Source: an uncultured Alphaproteobacteria bacterium
GTDB taxonomy: Bacteria; Pseudomonadota; Alphaproteobacteria; Rhizobiales; Hyphomicrobiaceae
DNA: 64,000 nt
Assembly: GCA_963778225.1 (NCBI GenBank)
Contig: CAVZTR010000012.1
Span: 239,254 to 303,253 of the forward strand
Direction: 5' to 3'
The notes under the pieces were generated by a model that saw only the letters and a list, made by a program, of their open reading frames with translations, was not told the DNA's origin and did not search any database. Both the position numbers and the translations under genes were made by a program. Within the stretch, counting starts at the first letter, position 1. Every line of letters begins with the position of its first letter. Below, one piece after another: positions 28,990 to 40,047 of this stretch.

Positions 28990-30417
28990 ATGAGCGAAGG
29001 ATTTTCCTCTTTGGACCGGGTTTTGTCGCTGGTCACTCGGCCGCGGCAGACCGCCGTGGCTCTGGCTGCCATGGCGGCATCTCTCGTTTCCGTGCTGACC
29101 CCCACGCCTGCTTTCGCGCAGGGACTGCCGCTGATCCGGGACACCGAGATCGAGAACCTTCTCAACGACTACGCGCGTCCCATCTTCAAGGCGGCGGGAC
29201 TTGGAAGCGGCCGGGTCGCTGTGCGCATCGTCAACAACGAGAATTTCAATGCGTTCGTCGTCGACGGACGCAGCGTGTACATTCATACTGGCGCGCTGAT
29301 GCAGGCGCAGCGGCCGAATGAAGTTATCGGCGTGCTCGCGCATGAAGCGGGTCACATCGCGGGCGGCCACATGGCGGCACTGCGGGCTCGCATCTCCCAG
29401 GACCAGACGCGTGCCCTCATCGCGCAGATTCTCGGCCTCGGCCTTATGGTGGCCGGTGGTGTCGCGGGCGGGGATAGCGGCCGGGATCTCGGCGGCGCTG
29501 GTCAAAGCGTGCTCTCGGGCGGCAACGAACTGATCATGCGCGGCCTCACTGCCGAGCGTCGATCTCAGGAGTCGGCGGCCGACCAGGCCGGGCTCAGCTA
29601 TCTCAACGCGACCGGCCAATCGGGCCAGGGCATGCTGACGACCTTCGAGCGGTTCGCTGGGCAGGAACTTTTCTCAGACCAGAACCGGGATCCTTTTGCG
29701 CGCACCCATCCGGTTGCCACCGATCGTCTTGCGCGCTTGCGTCAGCTGGTCGAGACGAGCCCGAACTACGGCGTAACGGATGCACCGGCTCTGCAACTGC
29801 GCCACGACATGATGCGTGCCAAGCTCTCCGGGTACATCGAGAACCCGCAGACCGTCTTTAACCGCTACCCATCGTCGGACCAGAGCTTGCCGGCGAAGTA
29901 TGCACGCACGACCGCCCGATTTCGTATGGGAGGCGGCGGTCTGGAGGCGGCGCTGGCGGAGGCTGATCAGCTGATCAAGCTGGAGCCGCAGAACCCTTAC
30001 TTCTACGAACTCAAGGCCGACTTCCTCCAGAAGAGCGGACGGTTTGCCGAGTCCATCCCGCTGCTGCGCAAGGCTGTGCAGCTGTCGAACGGCGAGGCGC
30101 CGCTCATCTCCGTGCAGCTGGCGCAGAGCATGATTCAATCCAAGCAGCCGGCCTTGCTCGACGAGGCGATCACCATTCTGCGCAAGGCGATCACGCGCGA
30201 GGGTGAGAACGCGATGGCGTACAATATGCTGGGCCAAGCCTATTACGATAAGGGATTGACCCCGCAAGCCGAACTGGCGCGGGCGCAAGGATTGTTCTAT
30301 TTCGGCGCGATCAAGCAGGCGCAGGAGTTCGCGCGCCGCGCGCAAGGAGCACTCAAGCCCGGCAGCCCGGAATGGGTGAAGGCCGACGACATTCTGAACT
30401 ACAAGCCGCAGACCTGA
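28990..30417 (+). CDS. M48-family zinc metalloprotease with C-terminal TPR region (BepA-like)
   Basis: HEAGHIAGGH (HExxH) motif, signal peptide and TPR-like C-terminal half. Start at ATG 28990. Confidence 0.85.
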   Translation: MSEGFSSLDRVLSLVTRPRQTAVALAAMAASLVSVLTPTPAFAQGLPLIRDTEIENLLNDYARPIFKAAGLGSGRVAVRIVNNENFNAFVVDGRSVYIHTGALMQAQRPNEVIGVLAHEAGHIAGGHMAALRARISQDQTRALIAQILGLGLMVAGGVAGGDSGRDLGGAGQSVLSGGNELIMRGLTAERRSQESAADQAGLSYLNATGQSGQGMLTTFERFAGQELFSDQNRDPFARTHPVATDRLARLRQLVETSPNYGVTDAPALQLRHDMMRAKLSGYIENPQTVFNRYPSSDQSLPAKYARTTARFRMGGGGLEAALAEADQLIKLEPQNPYFYELKADFLQKSGRFAESIPLLRKAVQLSNGEAPLISVQLAQSMIQSKQPALLDEAITILRKAITREGENAMAYNMLGQAYYDKGLTPQAELARAQGLFYFGAIKQAQEFARRAQGALKPGSPEWVKADDILNYKPQT

Positions 30418-30485
30418 TAAAACGGGGTCTCACTTCATCTTCTCGCGTCGGCATCTGCCTGCGCCTCAGCAAATGAGCTTTCCTC

Positions 30486-31325
30486 ATGGCCGACACTTCG
30501 CCTTCATCGCAGAACAACGAGCCGACGGGTCGCCCGTCACGCTTGGCCGTGGCTGCGCTCGTCATCGCGGTTGCTCTCTCAGCCGGGTTCCTGCTCCTCG
30601 GCCCGTTGCGCGTTGGCACGGTGGCTGCCGACACCTCGATGTTCACCGATCCCCAGAAGCGCGGCATCGAGCAGATCGTGAAAGAGTATCTGCTGCAGAA
30701 CCCCCAGGTTCTGATCGAAGTACAAGGTGCGCTCGAACAAAAGATGGCGCAGGAAGAGGCCGATCGAACCAAGGCTCTCGTTGCTGAGAACGCCAAGGAG
30801 ATCTATCGGCATCCCGACGCGCCGGTCGCTGGCAATCCCAAGGGCGACATCACGGTCGTCGAGTTTTTCGATTACAACTGTGGCTACTGCAAGCGCGGCT
30901 TTCACAACATCCGCGAACTCATCGAGAAGGACAGCAACGTCCGTGTGGTCTTCAAGGAACTCCCCATTCTGAGCAAGGACTCGGAAGAGGCGGCGAAAAT
31001 CGCGCTCGCTGCGCGTGCCCAGGGCAAGTACTGGGAGCTGCATCAGGCCCTGATCGACAGCAAGGGCCGCGTGACGGAAGCGTTCGCGCTGGAGACCGCA
31101 GGCAAGCTGGGTTTGGATGTAGAGAAATTGAAAACAGACAAGGACTCGGACGCTGTGAAGGGCGAATTGGCTCGCGTCGAGGCGTTGGCCCGGAAAATGA
31201 ACATCACCGGCACGCCACACTTTCTGGTCGGTAGCGAGTCGATCGGCGGTGCTCCGGAAGACCTGCTCGACCAGTTGACGGCAAAGATCGCCGCCCTGCG
31301 GCAGTCGGGTTGCGCCTACTGCTGA
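30486..31325 (+). CDS. DsbA-family thiol:disulfide oxidoreductase
   Basis: N-terminal TM anchor and thioredoxin fold with the CGYC active site (VVEFFDYNCGYCKR). Confidence 0.85.
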   Translation: MADTSPSSQNNEPTGRPSRLAVAALVIAVALSAGFLLLGPLRVGTVAADTSMFTDPQKRGIEQIVKEYLLQNPQVLIEVQGALEQKMAQEEADRTKALVAENAKEIYRHPDAPVAGNPKGDITVVEFFDYNCGYCKRGFHNIRELIEKDSNVRVVFKELPILSKDSEEAAKIALAARAQGKYWELHQALIDSKGRVTEAFALETAGKLGLDVEKLKTDKDSDAVKGELARVEALARKMNITGTPHFLVGSESIGGAPEDLLDQLTAKIAALRQSGCAYC

Positions 31326-31334
31326 TCGGGCAAC

Positions 31335-31355
31335 GGCTGCGGCACCGCAGCTTTT
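31335..31355 (+). terminator. rho-independent terminator
   Basis: GCTGCG-GCAC-CGCAGC followed by TTTTT, 10 nt after the dsbA-like stop. Confidence 0.65.
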
Positions 31356-31547
31356 TCATGCAAAGTTCTGGCGGATCAGATGTTTTCCCACTGCTGCATC
31401 GTTGCGCGGCCGGCTCAAACTCTTTCGTCGCCTTTGGAAAGCTGCTAGACCCCCGGGTTGTACGGAATAGGCGGGCAAGGCTGGGGAGCGATCCGGCTGG
31501 CTGGCTCGTCCAGCGCCGTGCCCCCGCCCGTCATCATTTTCGGTCAC

Positions 31548-32000
31548 ATGACAAAGCCGGTCTATATCCTCAACGGACCCAACCTGAACCTGCTCGGTCA
31601 GCGCGAGCCGGCGATCTATGGCCGTGACACCCTCGCTGACATCGAGACGTTGGCGAAGTCCCGGGGAAAGGCCCTTGGCTTAGGGATCGAGTTTCGGCAA
31701 TCCAACGCTGAGGGCGAACTGATCGGCTGGGTGCAGGAGGCGCGGACCGCCGCATCGGCCATCATCATCAACGCCGCCGGGCTGACCCACACGTCGGTGG
31801 CGCTTCTGGACGCACTTCAGGCCTCCGAACTGCCGGTTGTCGAAGTGCATCTGTCGAATATCTTCCGGCGCGACAGCTTCCGGCAGCACTCCTACGTGTC
31901 GCTCGCCGCGACCGGTGTGATTTGCGGGCTCGGCGCGAAAGGCTACGAACTCGCGCTCGAAGCCGTACGCGGCATCCTCGACAAAACGTCTGCGGCGTGA
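31548..32000 (+). CDS. aroQ: type II 3-dehydroquinate dehydratase
   Basis: [25 protein letters not shown]... and ...[15 protein letters not shown] typical of AroQ. Conserved aroQ-accB-accC order. Confidence 0.92.
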   Translation: MTKPVYILNGPNLNLLGQREPAIYGRDTLADIETLAKSRGKALGLGIEFRQSNAEGELIGWVQEARTAASAIIINAAGLTHTSVALLDALQASELPVVEVHLSNIFRRDSFRQHSYVSLAATGVICGLGAKGYELALEAVRGILDKTSAA

Positions 32001-32077
32001 CCGCGACGCGCAAAAAGTCAAAGACCAAGAAAACGCCGCGGCTAGCCAAGCCGCGGCCGAATAAGGTGAGACGGACC

Positions 32078-32551
32078 ATGACGGGCAAAGACAAGGGCGA
32101 AGCACAGAGCCCCGAACAGAAGATCATCCGGGATCTGGCGGATCTTCTGAACGAGACAGGGCTTTCTGAAATCGAGATCGAAAAAGACGGGCTCAAGGTC
32201 CGTGTCGCTCGGTCGCTGACGATTACCGCGTCACATGTTGCCGCCGCTCCGGCTGCCGCCGCCTCTGCCGCTGCATCATCCGCTGCGCCCGCAGCGGCCA
32301 GTGATCCGTCCAAACATCCTGGCGCCGTGAAGTCGCCGATGGTCGGCACCGCTTACCGCTCGCCGGAGCCCTCTGCGGCGCCGTTCATCGAAATCGGCAG
32401 CCGGGTGCAACAGGGCGACACGCTTCTGATCATCGAAGCCATGAAGACCATGAACCAGATCCCTGCTCCGAGGTCGGGCACGGTGACGGCGGTTTTCTTC
32501 GAGAATGGACAGCCGGTGGAATTCGGCGAGGTCCTTGCGGTCATCGAATAA
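32078..32551 (+). CDS. accB: acetyl-CoA carboxylase biotin carboxyl carrier protein
   Basis: Ala/Pro-rich linker and biotinyl domain with the EAMKTMN motif. Start at ATG 32078. Confidence 0.92.
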   Translation: MTGKDKGEAQSPEQKIIRDLADLLNETGLSEIEIEKDGLKVRVARSLTITASHVAAAPAAAASAAASSAAPAAASDPSKHPGAVKSPMVGTAYRSPEPSAAPFIEIGSRVQQGDTLLIIEAMKTMNQIPAPRSGTVTAVFFENGQPVEFGEVLAVIE

Positions 32552-32636
32552 GGGAGGGCATCGACCCCGGCAGGGCAGACCGGTTGCGCTTGGCGCTCCC
32601 GACTGTCCGCATCCCGGGGCCGCTGCCGGATAAGAC

Positions 32637-33977
32637 ATGTTCGACAAAGTTCTGATCGCAAACCGAGGTGAAATTGCACTGCGCATCCAGCGCGCCTGCA
32701 AAGAACTCGGCATTGCCACGGTTGCCGTCCATTCGACTGCGGACGCTGACGCCATGCACGTCCGACTCGCCGACGAGAGCGTGTGCATCGGACCGCCCAC
32801 ATCGTCCGACAGTTACCTCAATATCCCGCGCCTTATGGCCGCCTGTGAAATCACTGGCGCCGACGCCGTGCATCCCGGCTACGGCTTCCTATCGGAGAAC
32901 GCGCGGTTCGCGGAAATCCTGGAAGAGCACAACATCACCTTTATCGGCCCGACGTCGGAACACATCCGCATCATGGGCGATAAGATCCAAGCGAAGGAGA
33001 CCGCCAAGCGGCTCGGCATCCCTGTGGTTCCGGGTTCGGACGGCGCGGTGAAGACCGAGACGGAAGCGATGAAGGTCGCCAAGGGCATGGGATTTCCCGT
33101 GCTCATCAAGGCGACGGCCGGCGGCGGTGGTCGCGGCATGAAGGTCGCAACGAGTGCCGACGACTTGCCGATGGCGTTCGCCACCGCGCGCTCCGAAGCC
33201 AAGGCGGCATTCGGAAACGACAGCGTTTACATCGAGAAGTATCTCACCAAGCCGCGCCACATCGAGATCCAGGTTTTCGGCGATGGACTTGGAAATGCCG
33301 TGCATCTGGGCGAGCGTGACTGCTCGCTGCAGCGACGGCATCAGAAGGTGTTCGAGGAAGCGCCATCGCCGGCCATCAACGCGGAATCCCGCAAGCGCAT
33401 CGGCGAGACCGTCGCTCAGGCCATGCAGACGATCAAGTATCGCGGCGCCGGCACGGTGGAGTTTCTCTACGAAGACGGCGAGTTCTACTTCATCGAGATG
33501 AACACGCGCATCCAGGTTGAGCATCCCGTCACGGAAGCGATCACCGGAATTGATCTCGTGCTGGAGCAGATCCGCGTGGCCTCAGGCGCCGGGCTATCCT
33601 TCAAGCAGGAAGACATCATTCTCTCCGGGCATGCCATCGAATGCCGCATCAACGCGGAAAACCCGCGCACGTTCCGTCCTTCGCCCGGCCAGATCACCTA
33701 TTGGCATCCGCCGGGAGGACTTGGCATCCGCGTCGATAGCGGCGCGTACCAGGGCTATCGCATTCCGCCCTATTACGACAGCTTGATCGGCAAACTCATC
33801 GTGCACGGCAAGACGCGCAACGAGTGCATGATGCGCTTGAAACGGGCGCTCTCCGAGTTCGTCATCGACGGCGTTGAGACGACCATTCCGCTGTTCCATG
33901 AACTCGTTCGGCACCCGGATGTGGTGAACGGCATGTACGACATTCATTGGCTGGAAAAGTATCTCGGCAAGTCCTGA
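32637..33977 (+). CDS. accC: acetyl-CoA carboxylase biotin carboxylase subunit
   Basis: [17 protein letters not shown]..., ATP-grasp motifs, 446 aa. Confidence 0.96.
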   Translation: MFDKVLIANRGEIALRIQRACKELGIATVAVHSTADADAMHVRLADESVCIGPPTSSDSYLNIPRLMAACEITGADAVHPGYGFLSENARFAEILEEHNITFIGPTSEHIRIMGDKIQAKETAKRLGIPVVPGSDGAVKTETEAMKVAKGMGFPVLIKATAGGGGRGMKVATSADDLPMAFATARSEAKAAFGNDSVYIEKYLTKPRHIEIQVFGDGLGNAVHLGERDCSLQRRHQKVFEEAPSPAINAESRKRIGETVAQAMQTIKYRGAGTVEFLYEDGEFYFIEMNTRIQVEHPVTEAITGIDLVLEQIRVASGAGLSFKQEDIILSGHAIECRINAENPRTFRPSPGQITYWHPPGGLGIRVDSGAYQGYRIPPYYDSLIGKLIVHGKTRNECMMRLKRALSEFVIDGVETTIPLFHELVRHPDVVNGMYDIHWLEKYLGKS

Positions 33978-34002
33978 TTGGCTTGCGGCACGAGGAGCAG
34001 AC

Positions 34003-34833
34003 GTGGCCGACAGCGACGCCCCCTTCGGGACCTATCAGCCAACCGCTTTCGAGGCGCGGCTCATTGCAATCGGGCGGCGGCTTCCGCCGACGAAAGTCGG
34101 GAAGCGCACGGCTTCGTTCATTCGCTCGGCGATGCGACGGCTCAGGCGCGACCCGCTCGATCTCGAGGTGCTCGGTCAGAAGATGCGTCTGCACGCAGGC
34201 AACAACGCCTGCGAGAAGCGCCTTATCGTCACTCCGCAGTTTTTCGATCCGGCCGAACTCGGCTTCTTGAAATCCCGGCTCCACCCCAATTTCACGTTCC
34301 TGGATATCGGCAGCAACGTCGGCGCCTATAGCGTCTTCGTGGCGAAGAATGCCGGGCCGAACGCCCGCGTGGTCGCCGTTGACCCCAACGCCATCGTTCT
34401 AAAGCGCCTCGCGTTCAACGCGGCGGCCAACGGACTTGCAAATATTCTTGCCGTGCAGGCCGGGATTGCGGACATGGACGGGGAAATGGAATTCGCACTC
34501 GAGGAGACGAATATGGGCGGCTCCTCACTGCAGCTCGATCGTGAGGCGCGGGGCGGCAAAACCATCTTCAAGGTGCCGGTGAGAACACTGGCCGGTCTCG
34601 TGAGCGAAGCCGGATTCGACCATGTCGATGCCATCAAAATTGACGTGGAAGGCTTCGAGGACAAAGTTCTTATTCCCTATCTCTCCTCGGTTCCACGCAG
34701 TCTCTACCCCAATTCGGTGATCCTGGAGGCCAACGTCGGCAGTTGGCAAGCCGATCTCATCGGGGTTCTGAAAGACGCCGGCTATCAGACGTCGGGCGAG
34801 CTTGCGCACAATGGGATCTTTGTCTTGGCATGA
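34003..34833 (+). CDS. FkbM-family methyltransferase
   Basis: FLDIGSNVGAYSV SAM-binding motif and ...IDAIKIDVEGFE... typical of FkbM-type methyltransferases. GTG start with GAGGAG upstream. Confidence 0.8.
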   Translation: MADSDAPFGTYQPTAFEARLIAIGRRLPPTKVGKRTASFIRSAMRRLRRDPLDLEVLGQKMRLHAGNNACEKRLIVTPQFFDPAELGFLKSRLHPNFTFLDIGSNVGAYSVFVAKNAGPNARVVAVDPNAIVLKRLAFNAAANGLANILAVQAGIADMDGEMEFALEETNMGGSSLQLDREARGGKTIFKVPVRTLAGLVSEAGFDHVDAIKIDVEGFEDKVLIPYLSSVPRSLYPNSVILEANVGSWQADLIGVLKDAGYQTSGELAHNGIFVLA

Positions 34834-34929
34834 TTTCAGGCTCGTCGGCGCATTCAGCCCCGGCTCGCATTTTCTGGCGAAGCCCGCTAAACTCTAGGTA
34901 GAGATGGTAAAGCAGGGGCATTCACGCCG

Positions 34930-35607
34930 ATGTCGCGTGACGACATCCTGATTGAGATCACACCGCAGGTCCTGATGAAGGCCTACGCTTGCGGTATATT
35001 TCCCATGGCGGAAAGTGCTGACGATCCTGCGTTGCACTGGATCGAACCGCAGAACCGCGGGGTCCTCCCACTCGATGCGGTTCATGTGCCGTCGCGGTTG
35101 CGAAAGACCATTCGCTCGACCCACCTGAAGGTGCGCATCGACACTGACTACGAGGGCGTGATCGATGGGTGTGCCGGTTCGCGCGAAGGGCGGGACTCGA
35201 CTTGGATCAATGGGCGAATTCGAGCGCTTTATCGTGAACTGTTCAGGCTCGGCCATTGCCATACGGTGGAAGTCTGGAACGGCGACCGGCTTGTCGGCGG
35301 CCTCTATGGCGTGGCGCTCGACGGCGTGTTCTTCGGCGAAAGCATGTTCTCCTACGAACGCGATGCTTCGAAGATCGCGCTGGTTTATCTCGCCGCGCGG
35401 CTTATCCATGGCGGCTTCCGGCTGCTCGACACGCAGTTTGTAACTGAGCATCTGAAGCAGTTCGGCACGATCGAAATTGATCGCACCGCATTTCATCGAC
35501 GGCTTGAGCAGGCGCTCGGTCAGCTCGCCGACTTCAACCGACTGCCGATCGACGCACCGCCTGAGGACATCTTGCGCATCATCGCTGCTGCGCACCGCAG
35601 CACGTAA
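34930..35607 (+). CDS. aat: leucyl/phenylalanyl-tRNA--protein transferase
   Basis: ITPQVLMKAYACGIFPMAES..., WI...YRELF..GH.H.VE.W, GGLYGV..G..FFGESMF motifs. Confidence 0.92.
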   Translation: MSRDDILIEITPQVLMKAYACGIFPMAESADDPALHWIEPQNRGVLPLDAVHVPSRLRKTIRSTHLKVRIDTDYEGVIDGCAGSREGRDSTWINGRIRALYRELFRLGHCHTVEVWNGDRLVGGLYGVALDGVFFGESMFSYERDASKIALVYLAARLIHGGFRLLDTQFVTEHLKQFGTIEIDRTAFHRRLEQALGQLADFNRLPIDAPPEDILRIIAAAHRST

Positions 35608-35779
35608 CTGTTCTGAGGCGAAGCACTGTCGCCGATTCAAGCGCGGCTGATCAGCAATCAATTCATCATGGTTCTGAAGCGGCGCGACGGTGACGGCGTT
35701 TCGCGCGTTTTGGCTCTTGGCGGGGGTGTCAAAACCCGTTACCGCAAGGAGCCATTCAAAGTCTCCGAGGAGGAGTTTC

Positions 35780-37114
35780 GTGTCCGAAACCGCTGACTAC
35801 GTGCAGGACATTTCCGGCTGCCTCGAAAGCTCCATCGGAGCGCATGGATTGGAGCGCGCTTCACTGGACGCGTGGTTCAACAAGGCGGAAGCTGCACTCG
35901 AGCGCCTGCGCGCCGACTACGCCAACGCAACACTCCCTCTCCTGCGCATCGTCGAAGAGACAGCCGATATCGATGCGGCGGAAGCTGCTCTTGCCAAGCT
36001 TTCCGAGGGTGCCGAGACGATCGTCTTTTTCGGCACGGGCGGGTCGAGCCTCGGTGGGCAGACGCTGGCGCAGATCGCAGGCTGGGGCATTCCGCACACC
36101 GCGGCGAAGGTGCCGCACAGCCGCCCTCGCATCCGCTTCTACGACAATCTCGACGGCGGTACGCTCGAAGCTCTTCTGGCTGCGACGGATTTTAAGAAGA
36201 CACGCTTCATCGTGACGTCCAAGTCAGGTGGGACGGTCGAAACTTTGGCGCAGGCGATTGCGACGATCTCAGCCATCCAGGCGGCGGGGCTCGGCGACCA
36301 CATCCCGTCACTGTTTCTCGGCATCACAGAGCCGGACATGCCGGGCCGGTCGAATGGCTTGCGCGCGCTGTTTCAATCACTGAGCATCCCGCTTCTCGAA
36401 CATCACACCGGCATTGGCGGGCGCTTCTCGTGTCTCACGAATGTCGGCTTGCTGCCGGCGATGGCGCGCGGACTTGATGCGCGCGACATCCGCGCCGGCG
36501 CACGGGCGATTTTGCAGCCGATGCTCGATGCTGCACCGGTGGCCGATATTCCATTTGCCGCCGGCGCGGCAACGATGGTGGCACTCTCCAAGGATCGCGG
36601 CATTCGCTCGCTCGTCCTGATGCCCTACTCCGATCGCCTCGGAAAGCTTGCCGACTGGTACGTTCAGCTTTGGGCGGAAAGCCTCGGCAAGGGCGGGCAA
36701 GGCACGACGCCTATCCCCGCGATCGGTCCGGTCGATCAGCACAGCCAGCTGCAGTTGTTCATGGATGGGCCGCGCGAGATCGCCACGACCATCCTTCGCC
36801 TCTCGCCCAAAGGATCGGGGCCCATTGTCGACAAAGCGCTTGCGACAAAGGCCGGCCTCGCTTTCATCGGCGGCAGGGCGATTGGCGATATCGTCGATGC
36901 GCAGGGCCACGCCATCGCGGAGGCCCTGAACAAGGCCGGGCGGCCGGTGCGCACGATCGACGTTGCACACTTGAACGCGCATGCCGCAGGTGCCCTCCTG
37001 ATGCATTTCATGATGGAGACGATCGTGGCCGGGCATCTCCTCGACCTCGATCCCTTCGATCAGCCGGCTGTGGAATTGGCAAAAGTTCTGACAAAACAGA
37101 GACTCGGCGCCTGA
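35780..37114 (+). CDS. pgi: glucose-6-phosphate isomerase (short bacterial type)
   Basis: SIS-domain motifs (FFGTGGSSLGGQ, TSKSGGTVET, GGRFS). GTG 35780 preferred as the start because of GAGGAGGAG at 35767-35775. Confidence 0.8.
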   Translation: MSETADYVQDISGCLESSIGAHGLERASLDAWFNKAEAALERLRADYANATLPLLRIVEETADIDAAEAALAKLSEGAETIVFFGTGGSSLGGQTLAQIAGWGIPHTAAKVPHSRPRIRFYDNLDGGTLEALLAATDFKKTRFIVTSKSGGTVETLAQAIATISAIQAAGLGDHIPSLFLGITEPDMPGRSNGLRALFQSLSIPLLEHHTGIGGRFSCLTNVGLLPAMARGLDARDIRAGARAILQPMLDAAPVADIPFAAGAATMVALSKDRGIRSLVLMPYSDRLGKLADWYVQLWAESLGKGGQGTTPIPAIGPVDQHSQLQLFMDGPREIATTILRLSPKGSGPIVDKALATKAGLAFIGGRAIGDIVDAQGHAIAEALNKAGRPVRTIDVAHLNAHAAGALLMHFMMETIVAGHLLDLDPFDQPAVELAKVLTKQRLGA

Positions 37115-37192
37115 AACTGTTGACCTCCATCGCCTCCGCCTGCCGCTGGCGCGCCCTCTTTGCTAAGCAGGGTGCTCGCAGGAGATTCGCCC

Positions 37193-38992
37193 GTGGCCAT
37201 CCGCCAGCTCGCACCAGAAACGGTCAATCGAATCGCTGCCGGTGAGGTCATCGAGCGGCCGGCGAGCGTGGTGAAGGAGCTCGTCGAGAATGCGATCGAC
37301 GCTGGTGCGCGCGAGATCGAAATCGTGACTGCGGGTGGCGGGCTTTCGCTCATTCGCGTCAGCGATGATGGGTCGGGCATGCCGCCAGAGGATCTGCTGC
37401 TCGCCGTCGAGCGGCATGCCACCTCGAAACTGAATGAAGATGATCTGTTCGACATTCGCACGCTCGGGTTTCGCGGCGAAGCATTGCCGTCGATCGGTTC
37501 GGTTGCGGTGCTCTCGATCGCGTCACGGCCGCCTTCCAAACGCGACGGCTTCGAGATCATCGTGGAGCGCGGCGAGAAGAGCGGGCTGAAGCCTGCCGCC
37601 ATCAATGCCGGCACACGCGTTGAAGTGCGGGAATTGTTTTCCGCGACGCCGGCGCGGCTGAAGTTCTTGAAGTCCGAGCGGGCGGAGAACATGGCCGTTT
37701 CGGAGATGGTGAAGCGCCTTGCGATGGCGCATCCGGATGTCGGCTTTTCCGTCACGACGGGTGAGCGCACGGGGCTGCGTCTGCCGCGTTGCGAGGCATC
37801 TGCCGAGGGACTGCTGCAGCGCCTCGGGCGCATCATGGGTCGCGAGTTCATGGCGGATGCGCTCGCGATCTCGGGCGAGCGCGATGGCGTGCGCATCCTC
37901 GGCTATGCCGGCTTGCCGACCTTGCATCGGCCAGATGCCGGCCAGCAGTTCCTGTTCGTCAACGGGCGGCCGGTGCGGGACAAGGTGCTGGTGGGTGCGG
38001 TGCGAGCCGCTTACGGCGACCTCATCCCGAAGGGGCGTCATCCGCTGCTGGCGCTGTTCGTCACCCTCGATCCTTCCGACGTGGACGTGAACGTGCATCC
38101 GACGAAAGCGGAAGTTCGATTCCGCGACGGCGGCCGTGTGCGGGCCTTGATGATCGGCGCCATCCAGCATGCGCTCGAAGGCGCGGGGCATCGCGCAAGT
38201 TCACGCGGCGGTGGGTTGACGCTTGAGACGCTGGCACGCTCTGCCGGCGATGCGCCGCCGAGCACGTTCTCCAACACCTATGCGCACGAGCGCGGGCCGA
38301 CCTCCATTCCTGCCGGCTTTTCGGAAGCCATGCAGGCGCCGTTCTCCGCATTTGACGCGCCGAGCGCTGATACGCGGGCGCATGCCGCGCCGCTTGCCCC
38401 CGATCTTCTCGACCGGCCGCTGGGGGCTGCGCGGGCGCAACTGCACGAGACCTACATCGTTGCACAGACGCGGACCTCCGTCGTCATCGTCGATCAGCAC
38501 GCGGCGCACGAGCGGCTCGTCTATGAGCACATGAAGGCGATGCTGTCGAACGGCGGCGTCGCGCGGCAGGGACTGCTGATTCCGGCCATCATCGAAGTCG
38601 GCGACGACGAAGCGCACGCGCTTGCGGAACGCGAAGCAGAACTGGCCGAACTCGGGCTCGTGCTCGAGCCGTTCGGGCACGGCGCGGTCGCTGTGCGCGA
38701 AGTGCCTGCGCTGCTCGGCGATACGGATGTCGCAGGTCTCGTGCGGGATCTCGCGGCGGAGATCCTATCGGAAGGTCAGGGCTTCGCATTACGTGACCGG
38801 CTCGAAGCCATCTGCTCGCGCATGGCCTGCCACGGCAGCGTGCGCGCCGGGCGGCGTTTGGCTCCCGAAGAGATGAACGCTCTGCTGCGCGAGATGGAAG
38901 CGACGCCCTATTCCGGCCAGTGCAATCACGGACGGCCGACCTATGTCGAACTCAAGCTCACGGATATCGAGCGCTTGTTCGGACGCCGCTGA
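37193..38992 (+). CDS. mutL: DNA mismatch repair endonuclease MutL
   Basis: [41 protein letters not shown] ATPase N-terminus and C-terminal dimerisation/endonuclease domain ([15 protein letters not shown]). GTG 37193 with AGGAG upstream is preferred over TTG 37160. Confidence 0.93.
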   Translation: MAIRQLAPETVNRIAAGEVIERPASVVKELVENAIDAGAREIEIVTAGGGLSLIRVSDDGSGMPPEDLLLAVERHATSKLNEDDLFDIRTLGFRGEALPSIGSVAVLSIASRPPSKRDGFEIIVERGEKSGLKPAAINAGTRVEVRELFSATPARLKFLKSERAENMAVSEMVKRLAMAHPDVGFSVTTGERTGLRLPRCEASAEGLLQRLGRIMGREFMADALAISGERDGVRILGYAGLPTLHRPDAGQQFLFVNGRPVRDKVLVGAVRAAYGDLIPKGRHPLLALFVTLDPSDVDVNVHPTKAEVRFRDGGRVRALMIGAIQHALEGAGHRASSRGGGLTLETLARSAGDAPPSTFSNTYAHERGPTSIPAGFSEAMQAPFSAFDAPSADTRAHAAPLAPDLLDRPLGAARAQLHETYIVAQTRTSVVIVDQHAAHERLVYEHMKAMLSNGGVARQGLLIPAIIEVGDDEAHALAEREAELAELGLVLEPFGHGAVAVREVPALLGDTDVAGLVRDLAAEILSEGQGFALRDRLEAICSRMACHGSVRAGRRLAPEEMNALLREMEATPYSGQCNHGRPTYVELKLTDIERLFGRR

Positions 38993-39085
38993 GCATAAGA
39001 TTTGCGAGTGAGTACGCCCAAATTCCACCACGGATGTGGGCTTTCCTGACGATGGGTGGGCACCCATTCGTATTGCGTTGGTTCC

Positions 39086-39490
39086 ATGTTCAAGATTGCG
39101 ACGTCGAGCGTCCTGCGCGGTAACTTCGTTGCCGCGGGGCAGGTTGAACTCGATACCTGGTTCGAAGGCGACATCCTGTGTTCGCGCCTCGACATCGGCC
39201 GGGACGGTTATGTGCTCGGCAACATCACAACCCGTGAGCTCTACGTCCAAGGTCAGATCGTCGGCACCGTTCATGCCGGGATTGTGCATCTCATGGACGG
39301 TTCGTTCGTCGAGGGCGACGTGCATCACCATGTGCTGTCGCTCCACGCGAACGCCTCGCTCATGGGCGCGGCGTTGCGTTCAACGAAGATGCCGTTCCCC
39401 CAGGAACTGCTTGCGCTTGAAGCGAGAGCGAGCGGAGCGCCAACGTCGCGGTTCCCCGTTTCCGTGGGCCGCGATTTGCGCGCGATCTAG
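39086..39490 (+). CDS. bactofilin-family protein (second paralogue)
   Basis: LRGNFVAAGQVELDTWFEGDILCSRLDIGRDGYVLGNITTRELYVQGQIVGTVHAGIVHLMDGSFVEGDVHHHVLSLHANASL shows the bactofilin repeat pattern. Start at ATG 39086. Confidence 0.7.
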   Translation: MFKIATSSVLRGNFVAAGQVELDTWFEGDILCSRLDIGRDGYVLGNITTRELYVQGQIVGTVHAGIVHLMDGSFVEGDVHHHVLSLHANASLMGAALRSTKMPFPQELLALEARASGAPTSRFPVSVGRDLRAI

Positions 39491-40047
39491 GAAGCGAAGC
39501 GGGCGAAGGCGACCTGCGTATCGCCCCATGTGCGCCGATCGAGTTCCGTGAAGCCCTCGGGCCACGGGAGTTCGCTCGACGCGCGCTCTTCCCAGATCAC
39601 AATGGCACCGGGCGTCAGCCATTTGCCGTCGCGCAGAGACTGAACCGCGCGTTCGCCGAGGCCTTTGCCGTACGGTGGGTCGAGGAAGGCGAGGCCGAAC
39701 GGCTGCATGGGCGATGCGGGCCCTAGATCGGTGGCATCGCGGCGGAAGAGGCGCGTGTTGCCGGTGAGGCCGAAGGCTTCGACATTTTGCCGAATGAGGC
39801 CACGGCTTTCCGCGCCATCTTCCACGAACAGACAGTAGGCAGCGCCGCGAGAAACAGCTTCAAGACCCAGCGCACCAGTGCCGGCGAAGAGATCGATGAC
39901 GCGCAGGCCTTCAATCGAGAAGTCGTCGATTCCGTGCAGGAGAATATTGAACACGCTCTCGCGCACGCGATCCGATGTCGGCCGCACGCTTTCGTGCTCC
40001 GGGCTCGCGATAGCGCGGCCGCGGAACCTGCCGCCGACAATTCTCAC
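39487..40047 (-). CDS. rsmD: 16S rRNA (guanine966-N2)-methyltransferase RsmD
   Basis: RIVGGRFRGR..., DLFAGTGALGLEA, FLDPPY motifs. GTG start overlaps the rluB stop (GTGA). The longer track ORF (to 40734) overlaps rluB out of frame. Confidence 0.85.
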   Translation of the reverse strand: MRIVGGRFRGRAIASPEHESVRPTSDRVRESVFNILLHGIDDFSIEGLRVIDLFAGTGALGLEAVSRGAAYCLFVEDGAESRGLIRQNVEAFGLTGNTRLFRRDATDLGPASPMQPFGLAFLDPPYGKGLGERAVQSLRDGKWLTPGAIVIWEERASSELPWPEGFTELDRRTWGDTQVAFARFAS